The notes beneath the pieces were generated by a model, which worked only from the letters and a program-made list of their open reading frames with translations, did no database searches and was not told the DNA's origin. Positions 37,701-46,439 of a stretch of DNA of 64,000 bases are shown piece by piece (the stretch's first letter is position 1; every line of letters begins with the position of its first letter). The stretch lies in the sequence record PV400809.1; one strand, written 5' to 3'. The translations under genes and the position numbers were made by a program.

Positions 37701-39404
37701 ACGGGTGATTCGGACACCAGTCATTTGGATATGACCGGTGTGCGTACGAACCAAGGAACGGATCGAGGGGTGAGTGTTCCTAAACCGTTGGCGGAGCAGT
37801 TGATCATCCGTGAGATGCTGAAACAAGGTTTTACGGATCCCCGTGAAATCGCTGAAATGCTCGCCCTTACCAACTACGAGTCTTCAGGCTATTCCCGGAC
37901 CACTGAGAACATGAAGTACAGCAGTCCGGAACGCTTGGTTCAACTCTTCAGGGAAGTGAAGAGCATGGAACAAGCGAGAGCCCTCGTACAAGCCGGTGAA
38001 GTGGCCATCGCCAATACCGTGTACGGTGGGGGTAAAGGTGCTTCCTTAGGGAACAGGGAAGCTGGTGATGGGTACCGTTACCGAGGGCGTGGGTTTATTC
38101 AGCTGACGGGTCGGGCTAATTACCGGAGGGTTGGGCAAGAGCTGGGTATTGATCTGGAGAACAGACCAGAGCTGGCCAGTAACGATCCGAATGTCATGGC
38201 AGCAATTGCGGTGAACTTCTTCAGGAACTCTAAGCTCTTGAGGAGTATTAGCCAAACCGGTGACTTCGGTAGAGCAGCCACAGGGTTGAATGGAGGTAAT
38301 CCGTTACCTGAAATGCCTCAGCGCTACGCGCTCTATCTGAATTACCTGAAGAAACTGCAAAGTGGTGAACTGACCACAGCTGATAAAACGGCTGGGAGTG
38401 GGTTAGGGAGCCAAACCGGGTCCGACCTGTACGGTCAAGAAACCCCCAGCGAACCCCAGCGTCCTCAAGTCAGTAGACCGGCTCCAGGCGTTGTGGGTGG
38501 TAGTCTGCCGTCCCTGAATGGAACCATGGGAGGCGGAGGGGGACAATACGGGTCAGGTGATAACGGTGGGATGATCGTTAACACCAATACACCGGGTAGC
38601 AGTGGACTGCGCCTGAAATCCCCTGAAGCCATTGCGGGTGGTGAACATCACCCTGCTGTGGAAGAACTGGGTAAAATCATTCAACAGACAGTTCCGGGTT
38701 TCCGGTACTTCTCTGCGCTGAATGACGCCTACCACGTCAATAAGGGGTCTAAAGGCGCTCATCCTAAAGGCCTGGCCTTAGACTTCACCCTGGTGAATGG
38801 CGCACAAGGAAGTGACCAAGCGGTTGCCATTGTAACGGATATTCTTCGTCGGGCAGGATTGAGCCCTCAGGAATTCCAAGTCATCAATGAATACCGCAGT
38901 CGAACGGCACTCGGTACGGGCGGGCATATCCACGCGGCCTTTAAGTCCCCTGAAGCAGCGAACAAGTTCCTTAACGCTGTACGAGGCGGCCAGTCCGTGA
39001 ACGGGCAGGATACCACCGGACTGGGAGGGGGTGTGGTTGGACCGATGCAACGGAACGTTCCACCTACGCCTACTCCCACCTTTGGTAACCCGGCTACGGA
39101 TGTCCCGATCTCGACTCCGAGGTCTAATGAGGGTTCTCCACCTCCCTCTGCACCTCAACCGGTTCCGCCTGCGCCGTCTGAACCTGTTCCTCAGTCCCCT
39201 CGGGGTACCGAGGCGCTTACGACCACCCGTAGTGATGACTCTGCGTTGGTGGCTGAGCTTAAGGCCTCGTTGGGTAAACTGGGTGATAACAGTTCGGATA
39301 CGAACAGTATTCTGGCTGAGATCTACAAGGTACTGGGTCGGATGGCGGAGATGCAAGACAAACAGGTGAATCAGGGAACCGATAAAACCGTCCGTTTGAA
39401 TTGA
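31773..39404 (+). CDS. Tail tape-measure / virion peptidoglycan hydrolase (2543 aa), phiKZ gp181/EL183-like
   Basis: Very long helical ORF divergent from vRNAP genes; Gly-rich hydrophobic segments; GH19 motif GDGYRYRGRGFIQLTGRANY; M15-type HPKGLALD...GHIH. Confidence 0.92.
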   Translation: MADNTFDDFDWGEDPFTGDIDFDTDFDGKKPGFIRSVATGFLSGVVNQTVGDTDARLNTLKMVLPKTWGTAFTTASDINRRRREIVDELKRESYDAVVDLQYLAKRGGDKLGKIAPNKITGGVASGLTRFSQNDFSSWKPYTSSASDTPSMENVDENDVKDLLGSEDANSLLERETVIGVGESITAMMTEVGGRTIGGLNTLNLSIGRSNQLLEQMVNYQRKVQLRNDTLKVNLLARSYLTSAKFYKFMEASNHRMIAELKTIALNSAKSDYEKTTHSQAMRKSIRESVFNTVKGSFGGIREFINERFGKDARGDGIRGAGDLIGAMRMAAEMSEGMPLNVGTMVGNVAAQMFISNLPRMINSRKGKEYVAKFKKQFPELGKWADNAYAQLTDLGNVASYNLSNAEGMVNTLSEYHNWGSSFDEDGDYEQYLSTLRSGQKPLGKVEWTVINTLKKGANKGMAGLLDEMYQPTGSRYSLKRRGLMDAHEPEIWNKQSSRTLNEVIPELLSHIHLSIEKIRTGDDTLKASSYDYVRGKLVSHNQKVADTFNRVMDKDQFKSQADTSLRLVDSIDPNKELSNEARRVLAMQLVQNADKRKGFSPYLYMNLETKGVNRQVADEIRELFQRNFDITPEAFTAFKEGSTLDRASAIARLPTEQARERAAKLTEQSNLLGRFMPDIAERVDMLRSSGYYNVMKEAGIIKSENGHDEVNMDTFRNVLQSFIDNPDRAMTYDNPLEEAVRKTRSFGRRGRGRRDAGGVIAAENAQLNETLQGVRETLDKLGAHIEQGGVSRSGLTDPSSLFTALNDQVTQGNSLLGKLVELGGNRNDILTKILERQPYEKTTPEAEEVIQQQKRSILERIKSTSFGDLFNKGIDKLLDNQPLVLGGLLGGLAGMAIYNPKGAALVGGGLALGMAYNKLRARAAARRAEDTEDLYEEGSDTPILESFKLFKGEYLDMLTGKIIQGWDQITGSIKDLANGAVIGASRLAGKLFTEDNKEVFLKGLNKVRDLFMKAFNWLDPVNRVKGLWDKARTRLYRMDIYIEGEDEPVLLGSRFGKGQYFKRSGDGFVELQGWDEIDGPVYDKEGNTLITAEEYDRGLKTSMGTSINKLGAGLKQAGQFGLDLFGKLKDRAGGYAKGMGGRVKNPFSTDHSPVVNSVDRIYYLLLKHWGYNSPDGSPNPFTPPVPGSQDAPEGPPGSLGDRNDLTLTEALMEKNPALKDALERFRAAKGKAGAGDNTDRFRRSASTSDTTRANSLADRTQKLQEEKDNTVKNAIISIAENFGFGMKDEKELGKKKKFGIFGLLSSLVGGVKKGFEWLTSFLGSKVLWSGFSALFKFGRMGLKLLPIIAKGVAGGLGGLLNGLGGLGRLGKLGAGRAGLIGAGALSAYEMYQVATDEETKKLDTTDQILKVGKAGNSLYQQVGATAGLLGGQTIAKWILEKVKGKSPTTDALGSSMYSPFGVMLGTSKWGWDSLFGSGKGKQTELRMVQYGLSDPHGPLAAKILNVENLLKDHVVIGNGRASLSKQAPIEEVLRLFVGDPQDRNEIGEVFTWFNGRFKPVYLTYLACLDAVKLRSLKDYDDSSDLIVYKVAKQAHSALSGLVPSPYQIVAKIDKETPLLDQQMTIIRVGNLLEALKKYVGAKDPTIDPFAVSTVKGQSLESLQKERVQLERRLEDRSTQWKDFGEKMEATDRLKEVKGEIDRLGKAYTANAVVGQIYIQDLMPDGKALDMLTAIRVATYGNDKDVPWRVEAVLKLERHCESLFMAKGDDMVFKGNIGELFGRFKDAFRVDDRYVDAWCKWFRDRFLPVLTNYMTLMKKYRRGLPGVVWRTLSATARYEIAKELTQTQVNGVFGFTISVWNVRAAPFAWETSPGRSDKVDRMLNLLGEASVEAKLKDPELEAGKTNAQTWAEKISPHRVGGGFTDQQANVSTPEQFRSRRDSALGGMYGTFGGDAGNTYSSDGRFRTPENAFGFTPITGDSDTSHLDMTGVRTNQGTDRGVSVPKPLAEQLIIREMLKQGFTDPREIAEMLALTNYESSGYSRTTENMKYSSPERLVQLFREVKSMEQARALVQAGEVAIANTVYGGGKGASLGNREAGDGYRYRGRGFIQLTGRANYRRVGQELGIDLENRPELASNDPNVMAAIAVNFFRNSKLLRSISQTGDFGRAATGLNGGNPLPEMPQRYALYLNYLKKLQSGELTTADKTAGSGLGSQTGSDLYGQETPSEPQRPQVSRPAPGVVGGSLPSLNGTMGGGGGQYGSGDNGGMIVNTNTPGSSGLRLKSPEAIAGGEHHPAVEELGKIIQQTVPGFRYFSALNDAYHVNKGSKGAHPKGLALDFTLVNGAQGSDQAVAIVTDILRRAGLSPQEFQVINEYRSRTALGTGGHIHAAFKSPEAANKFLNAVRGGQSVNGQDTTGLGGGVVGPMQRNVPPTPTPTFGNPATDVPISTPRSNEGSPPPSAPQPVPPAPSEPVPQSPRGTEALTTTRSDDSALVAELKASLGKLGDNSSDTNSILAEIYKVLGRMAEMQDKQVNQGTDKTVRLN

Positions 39405-39416
39405 TCCATCTTAATA

Positions 39417-39438
39417 GGGGAGTACATCAGTACTCCCC
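39417..39438. terminator. 9-bp hairpin after tape measure
   Basis: GGGGAGTAC-ATCA-GTACTCCCC. Confidence 0.55.
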
Positions 39439-39471
39439 GCCTCTTTAGTTAACCTTAGGAATTTATTCACG

Positions 39472-41664
39472 ATGGCTCAGGTGACGACACGCGACCGGGA
39501 CATTATCACGAAATCGTTCCGTCTGTTAACCCGCGGTATCCCACCGAGTGAAGTATTAGACATCCTCGATTGGGACAAATATTTCAACGTTTTCAGTAGT
39601 GCAACAGGGGATAACCGCTTTGTGAACCCTGTGCCTCAATGGAGCCCTGCGACCGATCCCCGATACGGACGGTTAATGGTCACCCCAGAAGGGGGATTCG
39701 GCTCCATGTATAAAGAGATCTACGACAACAATGCCACTCTCTTAACCATTACTCCAGGTGTGGCTCAGTTCGCTGGTCTGCTGTCATTCATTACAAACAT
39801 GTTCTCTCCCGCAGCGGCTATCATTGCCAACAAAGGGCGGGCACCCAGTCTGTCGTTCTACATGGGACAAGCCATCGGTTCTATCGCCTTTTGGCCTATG
39901 CAGCTGTTGAGTATCAGTACCCAATTTCTGGCATTCTTAGCAGATTCCCCCAAGCATCAGTTCTGGACTGTTAAGCCTGCGGTTGGGGCGTACACCATGG
40001 TGGCTACCGGCGTACTGAATGACTTCATGGTGAAACTGGGGTACATTGATCCCATCCTACCTAAGATGAACCAGCAACAGACCGATCCCCTGTACGGTCT
40101 TAAACCCGATTACGACAACAGTAAAGCCGTTTCCAGTCTGTCTACCCTTTTCCCTGATTGCGTCAACCAGGATGGGACTATTGACCTCATGCGGTTGGTC
40201 AATAAAGGGGTGCGTAAACACCGGGTGATGTTGGAACGTCTGGCCTCTATGGACAACGACACTTCTATTAACTCCCCCCAACAGAAATTGGAACGAGCCA
40301 AACAAATCCTTCAAGAAGTCACCTTCGATCGTTCGGTAACCGCTGGCAGACCTTCTCAAGAGTATATTGAAAAGGAAATGAGTACGGTCGGTAAATACCG
40401 GGGTGATAACGAACCCAACTATGTTGAAGAAGACAGTGCCTACCTCAACCGAGGCGCTTATCAAGACATCGACCCTGCACGTAATAAGCAATATGGAATT
40501 GCCAACCTTGAACTGGAACAACCTCCAACCGGACCTGACGGACAACCCACCTCCACCATGCAGCCTATGGGAACGGGTGGGTCTTATGGTACTTCAGCTC
40601 CTCCTGTAAACCCCAACGAACGGCCTCAACGCCCCTCTCCCGCCACTCCCTCAGTAACCGCTAATCCCGCTATTAACAATGGGGATCAGTTCTACTACGA
40701 AGACAACCCTAACGATCGTACCTGGATGGGAGATATTTACGACCTCGTTAAAACCGCTGTAGCCGGTGGTATGGATGGGATCACCTTCCGCGTAGAGGGG
40801 AACGGGGGAGCTACTCGGGATTCCTTCTCTAATAGCACTGGGCAATCGCCTATGGCGGAGAAGTTCAATTCCATTGTTCGCACTACCAATGACTTCACCT
40901 TCGATGTGGCTAAAGGTCAAACTGGCTTAGCCATTGTCGATGGACTGATTAACATTGTTAAAGACGCGGCTATGGGAGCCCTTTCCGGGTCTGTTATTGG
41001 AAATATCCCCCTGGCTGTTGCCAATAACAGTTACGTCAAGATCCCTGACCACTGGACTGAATCCTCCTGCAATCTCCATACGGAGACCTACACCATTAAG
41101 TCAGTCTGTAACTACGCACACCCGTATGAGCAGATTGTTAAGATCTGGGTATTGATTTCCCTCCTACTGCCCTTAGTGGCCGGTAATACCTCAGGTGGTG
41201 GAACCCATACCTCACCCTTCTACGTGAAAGCTTTCTGTAAGTCTCGTGGAATCATCCGTACCGGTCTGGTGACTCAACTGGATCTGACCCTGGGGGAAGG
41301 AGATGCAGGGTGGACTCGTGATCGTAAACCGTTGAATATGACGGCCAGTTTACAGATTACCGATCTGGAACCCCTGGTCACCCTTCCTATTGATCGGTCC
41401 ATTAGCATCCTGGATCTTACTAATCCGAATGCGGTGGTCAGTCGTATTCTGTCGGATGACAGTGCGTTCAACAACTTTGCCAGTCGTATCACAGGGATGG
41501 ACTACCTGGATACCATTCTGCGGTGGTCGCGTTTGAACCGTCAACTGACGGGTGTGGTCACGGATATTAAGACCAGTATTCGTTCTGACAACATCGCGGC
41601 TAAAATCAACGATTCCGTGGTGGGTGATATACTTCGCATAACGACAAAACCTCTTGCAAGATAG
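39472..41664 (+). CDS. Virion tail/baseplate protein (730 aa), phiKZ gp182-like position
   Basis: SD AGGA; directly follows tape measure; synteny. Confidence 0.75.
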   Translation: MAQVTTRDRDIITKSFRLLTRGIPPSEVLDILDWDKYFNVFSSATGDNRFVNPVPQWSPATDPRYGRLMVTPEGGFGSMYKEIYDNNATLLTITPGVAQFAGLLSFITNMFSPAAAIIANKGRAPSLSFYMGQAIGSIAFWPMQLLSISTQFLAFLADSPKHQFWTVKPAVGAYTMVATGVLNDFMVKLGYIDPILPKMNQQQTDPLYGLKPDYDNSKAVSSLSTLFPDCVNQDGTIDLMRLVNKGVRKHRVMLERLASMDNDTSINSPQQKLERAKQILQEVTFDRSVTAGRPSQEYIEKEMSTVGKYRGDNEPNYVEEDSAYLNRGAYQDIDPARNKQYGIANLELEQPPTGPDGQPTSTMQPMGTGGSYGTSAPPVNPNERPQRPSPATPSVTANPAINNGDQFYYEDNPNDRTWMGDIYDLVKTAVAGGMDGITFRVEGNGGATRDSFSNSTGQSPMAEKFNSIVRTTNDFTFDVAKGQTGLAIVDGLINIVKDAAMGALSGSVIGNIPLAVANNSYVKIPDHWTESSCNLHTETYTIKSVCNYAHPYEQIVKIWVLISLLLPLVAGNTSGGGTHTSPFYVKAFCKSRGIIRTGLVTQLDLTLGEGDAGWTRDRKPLNMTASLQITDLEPLVTLPIDRSISILDLTNPNAVVSRILSDDSAFNNFASRITGMDYLDTILRWSRLNRQLTGVVTDIKTSIRSDNIAAKINDSVVGDILRITTKPLAR

Positions 41665-41711
41665 AACACCTCTTCTATTTTGTATTGATTAAAAGAACTT
41701 ATTCAGTAATA

Positions 41712-41743
41712 ACTCCCCTACCCCTTAATTGGGGTAGGGGAGT
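41712..41743. terminator. 13-bp hairpin between convergent genes
   Basis: ACTCCCCTACCCC-TTAATT-GGGGTAGGGGAGT. Confidence 0.75.
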
Positions 41744-41754
41744 CTTCGTTAGGG

Positions 41755-42864
41755 TTATTTAATGCGAATAGGGGCGTTCGGGAAGGATTGATTCAATACA
41801 TCCGTTGCCCGTTCAGTCTGAAAGATCCCCCGGGTGGTTAAGAGGGGAATCAACTCTTCAACAGGTGTTAACAGGGTTACCATGTCGTCACTGATGTTCG
41901 ATACCAACCCCAGGTTGTACGCTTTACCGAATTGGGTCTCCCGGTAATACCACTCTTTACCAGCTACCGTTTCTAAGACGTTTAAGAGTTTCGTACGAAT
42001 GGCGGGGTGCTCTTCACTGTGGACTTGACTGTCGAAGGAGAACTTCGTAAAGAGGGTTTCAATGAAATCCGGGTATTTACTCAGTAAGGTATTCTTGCCT
42101 TCGGTGTTAATGAGTTCAAAGACCTTACTGATACTCTCGACATCCCCATTCGTAATCATGTACTGAATAGCTTCAATAAAAGCATCTTGTCTCAGAGAGA
42201 GATACGGGTAGTTATCCCATTGGGTTTTATAACTGTCACTCATCCCGTACATCGCCGAGTTGTACAGGATGGCGTTGTAAAACGCCGATTGAACACTGAC
42301 GTCTACAAACTCATCAATACCGGTATAATCCCTGAGCATATCGAGGGTGGCGCTACCGAGCTGAGTTCTCCAACTGTCATTGATACGGAAGGGTGAACCT
42401 TGATCACCATAACCGACCTGGATAATCTGACCCACATTCAATCCAGTGAGTCGATTGAATTCTGCGGTGAGAGTGTCTGCGATGAGTTGCTTAACGCCGT
42501 TCTTACCCCAGACGTTAACACCCATTTGATTCCCCGCCGCGGTAATCAAGTCATCATCACTGAAACTGACCCCATTGCTATCAATACGAATGGCTCGGGT
42601 AATGTCCTTCGTATTGAGTAAACCGCCTGACAGGGCTCCAATAACACCGTCTAGGGCTTCTACAACCGAACTCCGGTACGCGGTGATGGTTGACTTGAGT
42701 GTGGTGTCATTCGGGTTAGTAAGAGCCACCCCTTCTTTAAGACGACTGGCGGTGACATCAATAGGGGTTAGGGTTTCACTTTTAACCCCCCGCATTGCGG
42801 TTTCGGTTTCTTTCTTAAAGGCATTAATACCCGAAGACAGATTGAACCCGTCAAGGATACCCAT
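41755..42864 (-). CDS. Conserved jumbo-phage protein, probably virion (369 aa)
   Basis: SD GGAG; long ORF. Confidence 0.7.
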   Translation of the reverse strand: MGILDGFNLSSGINAFKKETETAMRGVKSETLTPIDVTASRLKEGVALTNPNDTTLKSTITAYRSSVVEALDGVIGALSGGLLNTKDITRAIRIDSNGVSFSDDDLITAAGNQMGVNVWGKNGVKQLIADTLTAEFNRLTGLNVGQIIQVGYGDQGSPFRINDSWRTQLGSATLDMLRDYTGIDEFVDVSVQSAFYNAILYNSAMYGMSDSYKTQWDNYPYLSLRQDAFIEAIQYMITNGDVESISKVFELINTEGKNTLLSKYPDFIETLFTKFSFDSQVHSEEHPAIRTKLLNVLETVAGKEWYYRETQFGKAYNLGLVSNISDDMVTLLTPVEELIPLLTTRGIFQTERATDVLNQSFPNAPIRIK

Positions 42865-42900
42865 AGCGGCACTCCAAAAAATAAAGAATAAAGGGGAAGG

Positions 42901-42928
42901 GGAGTAGGTGCGCTAGCGCACCTACTCC
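42901..42928. terminator. Perfect palindromic hairpin
   Basis: GGAGTAGGTGCGC-TA-GCGCACCTACTCC; minus-strand TTCTTTATTTTTT downstream. Confidence 0.7.
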
Positions 42929-42933
42929 TGCAT

Positions 42934-43368
42934 TCACTCTTCCGGTTCATCCACAATGGGTTTCTCCAAACGCTTCTTCTCTACGATGCGAATGGTTTCT
43001 TCCACTGTGAGTATTTCACCGTGTTCATCAACAACCTCGATGATGATTCTGCAAGATTTCATCCGTAGGATAGACAACCCTTCCAAGAGTTTCTGGAAGG
43101 TTAACGTATAGCTTTGGAAATAGGTTGCCTTAATGTTACCTTGCCGGGTAATGCGTTCGGTCTTAGCCCGTTGGGGATCTCGGGTGGTCACCACATACTC
43201 CAGATAATCCCGTAAGTAGTTCTTCCACTTGTGAGGGGTAGGAACCACTTTGTTCAGAATTGCCCGGAATAACCGGGCGGGGGGATCTCTGAGTTCTTCA
43301 TCCCGTACAAACTTGTGGGAGATACTCTCCAACCGGCTGGCTTTGGGTCTCTTTCTGTTTGCTTCCAT
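42934..43368 (-). CDS. Basic hypothetical protein (144 aa)
   Basis: SD GGAGG; abuts upstream stop. Confidence 0.75.
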   Translation of the reverse strand: MEANRKRPKASRLESISHKFVRDEELRDPPARLFRAILNKVVPTPHKWKNYLRDYLEYVVTTRDPQRAKTERITRQGNIKATYFQSYTLTFQKLLEGLSILRMKSCRIIIEVVDEHGEILTVEETIRIVEKKRLEKPIVDEPEE

Positions 43369-43947
43369 TTAACCTCCCCGACGTTGGATAAGTACCAGAG
43401 TCAGTATTTTGATCAGGTCAATAACCATCAGCCTAAACCACCGGCTGGTTAAGAAGTTCTCTACGACAGGATGACATTCAACAGGATCGTCCTCATTCGG
43501 TATAACGGGGAATAAGGTACAGTATAGTTCCATGAGTTTCAGCATCCCCTGGTAATACCCGTCGAGACTGTAACCGTTACTGTACCAGTCCAGGAAACTG
43601 GGGTAGTGTTCGATCATGTTACTCACGAAGTGTTCGTCAGGGTTCCACGAGTAACCTGACAGTACCCTCTCTACCAGCCTGTGAGCGTCCTTAGAGGACT
43701 TTGTTGACAGTTCAATAGGTAAGGGTAGGTAGACCCTCGGATCGATGTCAAAGGACGTATTTAGGGGCTTTAAGCAATCGTATAGATCCTGGATCTGAGC
43801 TGCGAACCGTACTGAAGCCTTAGAGAACCGTTGATTAATCTCAGTCAGCTGCTCGATCGTGAGGGAATCCAGTTTTCGGTTAAACAGGTTACCTATACCA
43901 GGTATCCAGCTTAACCACCTGAATAGAGCCCGTTTAGTTAGTGCCAT
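43369..43947 (-). CDS. Hypothetical protein (192 aa)
   Basis: SD AGGAG; promoter motif upstream. Confidence 0.75.
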   Translation of the reverse strand: MALTKRALFRWLSWIPGIGNLFNRKLDSLTIEQLTEINQRFSKASVRFAAQIQDLYDCLKPLNTSFDIDPRVYLPLPIELSTKSSKDAHRLVERVLSGYSWNPDEHFVSNMIEHYPSFLDWYSNGYSLDGYYQGMLKLMELYCTLFPVIPNEDDPVECHPVVENFLTSRWFRLMVIDLIKILTLVLIQRRGG

Positions 43948-43967
43948 TTACACATACTCCTAACCAC

Positions 43968-43992
43968 TCAAACGAATAATGTAGGTCTGAAA
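43968..43992 (-). promoter_or_regulatory. Early promoter motif variant
   Basis: Minus strand TTTCAGACCTACATTATTCGTTTGA aligns with the other copies. Confidence 0.6.
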
Positions 43993-43996
43993 AATC

Positions 43997-44509
43997 ATGG
44001 AAACGCCTGACGACACACCCGAAAAGGAAAAGAAGAAAGCCAGTCCTTTGGATACGGATAAAATGCAAACGGTTCTGGAAGAACTCCGTAAGGCAATGAC
44101 TGGTAATCTGGAGGATATCGAACAGGAAGAACTGGTTAAGGTAGTACAACGTAACCGGGCTTTCATTCTAGAATACGCTATGTCTGCGTATTTGGATAAT
44201 CCGAAGAATGCGCATCTACTGGAAGGGGTGACCCAGATTATTGCGCAGATTGAAAAGACCGTACGGGATGACCGTAAAGAGCGGGCTAAGAAGAAAGAGA
44301 ATGAAGGCAACCGACTGGCCTTTAACCAAATGCTGGAGGCTATGGAGCGTATTCAAAGTGGAGGGATTAAACTCCCCACCTTTGAGTTCTCCCATTTCGT
44401 ACTGGATCCCTCTAAACCCCTGCCTCTGGATCCTACCTTGAGTCCCATTACGGAAGAAGAGCTGGTGCAGGGGAATCAGCTGGTGGATATCGATGGTGAG
44501 GAAATTTAA
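43997..44509 (+). CDS. Hypothetical helical protein (170 aa)
   Basis: ORF fills the gap between promoter and hairpin; coiled-coil character. Confidence 0.7.
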   Translation: METPDDTPEKEKKKASPLDTDKMQTVLEELRKAMTGNLEDIEQEELVKVVQRNRAFILEYAMSAYLDNPKNAHLLEGVTQIIAQIEKTVRDDRKERAKKKENEGNRLAFNQMLEAMERIQSGGIKLPTFEFSHFVLDPSKPLPLDPTLSPITEEELVQGNQLVDIDGEEI

Positions 44510-44520
44510 CCAAGCGAACA

Positions 44521-44550
44521 TAACTGGGTGGGGATCTCCCCACCCAGTTA
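44521..44550. terminator. Perfect palindromic hairpin between convergent genes
   Basis: TAACTGGGTGGGGA-TC-TCCCCACCCAGTTA. Confidence 0.7.
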
Positions 44551-44559
44551 ATAAAGGGG

Positions 44560-45342
44560 TTATTCCGTCAAGTAATCATAGAAACCTTTATTGATCGGAA
44601 TCAATTTCAATACAGGAGCTAGCGCAATGGATTGGGCGAAGATACGGTCATAAATACTCCCTTCTAAATACTCGGTTTCTTGAACCAGGAGATCTGGAAC
44701 CAAAAACGCCGTATCAGGAATAGGCGGTTTACCGACGTTCTCAAAGAAGGACTTGTAGTCTTCATTCAACAGGAAGTCATATTTGAAGACATAATCGAAC
44801 TGTCGATAGTAGGAGGGTGTCGCATTGATAATGTCGTCATCAACGGTCTTCACCTCCACCCGGTAGCCTAACCGAGTCTTAACGTGCTCGATCAACTCCT
44901 CCTTAAGGGCTGTATCCATGACATAAGGGAAACAGTTGATCGTGAGGGTAATCCCTTTGATCTCGATAGGTTTATCGGTCAGTTGTTCATGCTCGATAAT
45001 CACCTTAACGAAATTAGACAGGAACCCTGTAGGGTAATACCCGTACCCCCAATCCCGTAAGCTCCGTTTCTGATAGAGTTCCCTGAAAATCTGTCGGGTG
45101 AACCCAAAGAACGGATAATTAAACGTATCCATCCTTCTCTCCCTGTAGTTCTTCTCAATATGAAGTTCCCACAGGGTGTCCCCTTGAAGCCGGCGTTTCT
45201 CTTGATACGCTGCAAAGGCTTCATCACTCAAGCTGTTTTCATCGCTAACAGCCATGTCTCGTGTTAACCACTTCTGAATCAATCCCCTCCGATAATCGAA
45301 GAGACTGTCCACATCCGCGTAGGCGGTTAATACCCGATTCAT
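44560..45342 (-). CDS. Conserved jumbo-phage protein (260 aa), possible HAD-like fold
   Basis: N-terminal YADVDSLFD resembles HAD motif I; ATGA overlap with upstream gene. Confidence 0.65.
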   Translation of the reverse strand: MNRVLTAYADVDSLFDYRRGLIQKWLTRDMAVSDENSLSDEAFAAYQEKRRLQGDTLWELHIEKNYRERRMDTFNYPFFGFTRQIFRELYQKRSLRDWGYGYYPTGFLSNFVKVIIEHEQLTDKPIEIKGITLTINCFPYVMDTALKEELIEHVKTRLGYRVEVKTVDDDIINATPSYYRQFDYVFKYDFLLNEDYKSFFENVGKPPIPDTAFLVPDLLVQETEYLEGSIYDRIFAQSIALAPVLKLIPINKGFYDYLTE

Positions 45343-45752
45343 GCCTTACGTCCTTTAGATGGGGGTACAATGAAATGACTGGTATACACCCTAAACGCTA
45401 AAGCAATCAAGAAACTCCAGCGTTTATATTCATTCTCATCGGAAATATCCAGTCCATTACCCCCTTCAATGGTCTTAAAGACTTCCTTGAACATTTGACT
45501 GAACTGACTGAAAGCCACCTGATGCTCACCCAAGCGGGTGATAACCATCATTTGAATACTGACCCAACTGTCGAAGAGATCACTCTTACTTCCCACTTGG
45601 GACATAAAGACTGAATAGGCTTCGTTAAAACAGATCAAAGGACGGTTGATAAGCGACGAGAAGTTCTGAATAATGGGAGAAGGAGCTTCTCCGGTTGACA
45701 GGTCTAACCATACTTCTTGAATGGTATTCGACAAATGAATGAGTTTATCCAT
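45339..45752 (-). CDS. Hypothetical protein (137 aa)
   Basis: Operon packing after the vRNAP beta C-terminal gene. Confidence 0.7.
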   Translation of the reverse strand: MDKLIHLSNTIQEVWLDLSTGEAPSPIIQNFSSLINRPLICFNEAYSVFMSQVGSKSDLFDSWVSIQMMVITRLGEHQVAFSQFSQMFKEVFKTIEGGNGLDISDENEYKRWSFLIALAFRVYTSHFIVPPSKGRKA

Positions 45753-45761
45753 GGGGAGAGA

Positions 45762-46439
45762 TCACTTCTGGTTAAAGTTAGTGTCGATATGACGACCACG
45801 CATGAGGTGGTGGACCGTGCTCAGCACCTTGGTACCCGAGCCTTTACGCAGGCTCCCATTGGTGGTAGTCTTACCGGTGGTCAACAAATCGTTCTTGTAC
45901 GCCTTAAAGGCCTCTTGGTCGCCGCCTTTAACGTTGTACAGTTCATTCGCCATGATGTTCAAACCCAGGTTACGCAGTACGGTAACCTCAGGACCGCTGA
46001 TCCCCGCACTCCGGCTGTCCCCCATGGGTTGACCGGTGAGGTCATCGATTTCGTAGTCGTTCTTAGCCGCACTGAACTTCTTGGACAACATCTGACGTTG
46101 TTTACGGACTTCAGCACGTCCTACAATCGCCTTATAAGCGGTCAGTGACTTGATCCCGGTGTCTTCGTCGTAAATAACCAGTTGGTGTTCAACTTCAATA
46201 CCGAACTGTTTACAGAGTCTCATCAGGTTATCAAAATTCAGTTTCTCTTCAGGAACAAAGTTACTGGCCCAAATCGCCAGGGGATTCCCTTTTTCCAACC
46301 ACTGGACGAAGTCTTCAAAAGCGTCATCGTCCATAGTGGCAAAGAGTTTCTCATAAATCTTCTTATTGCCACCCCCTTTGGTCAGAGGGCCAAAGGCTTT
46401 ATACACATGTTCTTCAAATGCCTTCCGGTTACCAGCCAT
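45762..46439 (-). CDS. Virion RNA polymerase beta subunit, C-terminal part (225 aa), phiKZ gp149-like
   Basis: VGRAEVRKQRQMLSKKFS...GDSRSAGISGPEVTVLRNLG...ELYNVKGGD parallels the beta C-terminal GQRFGEMEVWAL...EMLTVKSDD region. Confidence 0.8.
   Translation of the reverse strand: MAGNRKAFEEHVYKAFGPLTKGGGNKKIYEKLFATMDDDAFEDFVQWLEKGNPLAIWASNFVPEEKLNFDNLMRLCKQFGIEVEHQLVIYDEDTGIKSLTAYKAIVGRAEVRKQRQMLSKKFSAAKNDYEIDDLTGQPMGDSRSAGISGPEVTVLRNLGLNIMANELYNVKGGDQEAFKAYKNDLLTTGKTTTNGSLRKGSGTKVLSTVHHLMRGRHIDTNFNQK

Noticed and set aside
37800-38360. Chitinase function for the GH19 domain
   Set aside because: In phage virion proteins GH19 domains act on peptidoglycan; the host context gives no chitin substrate
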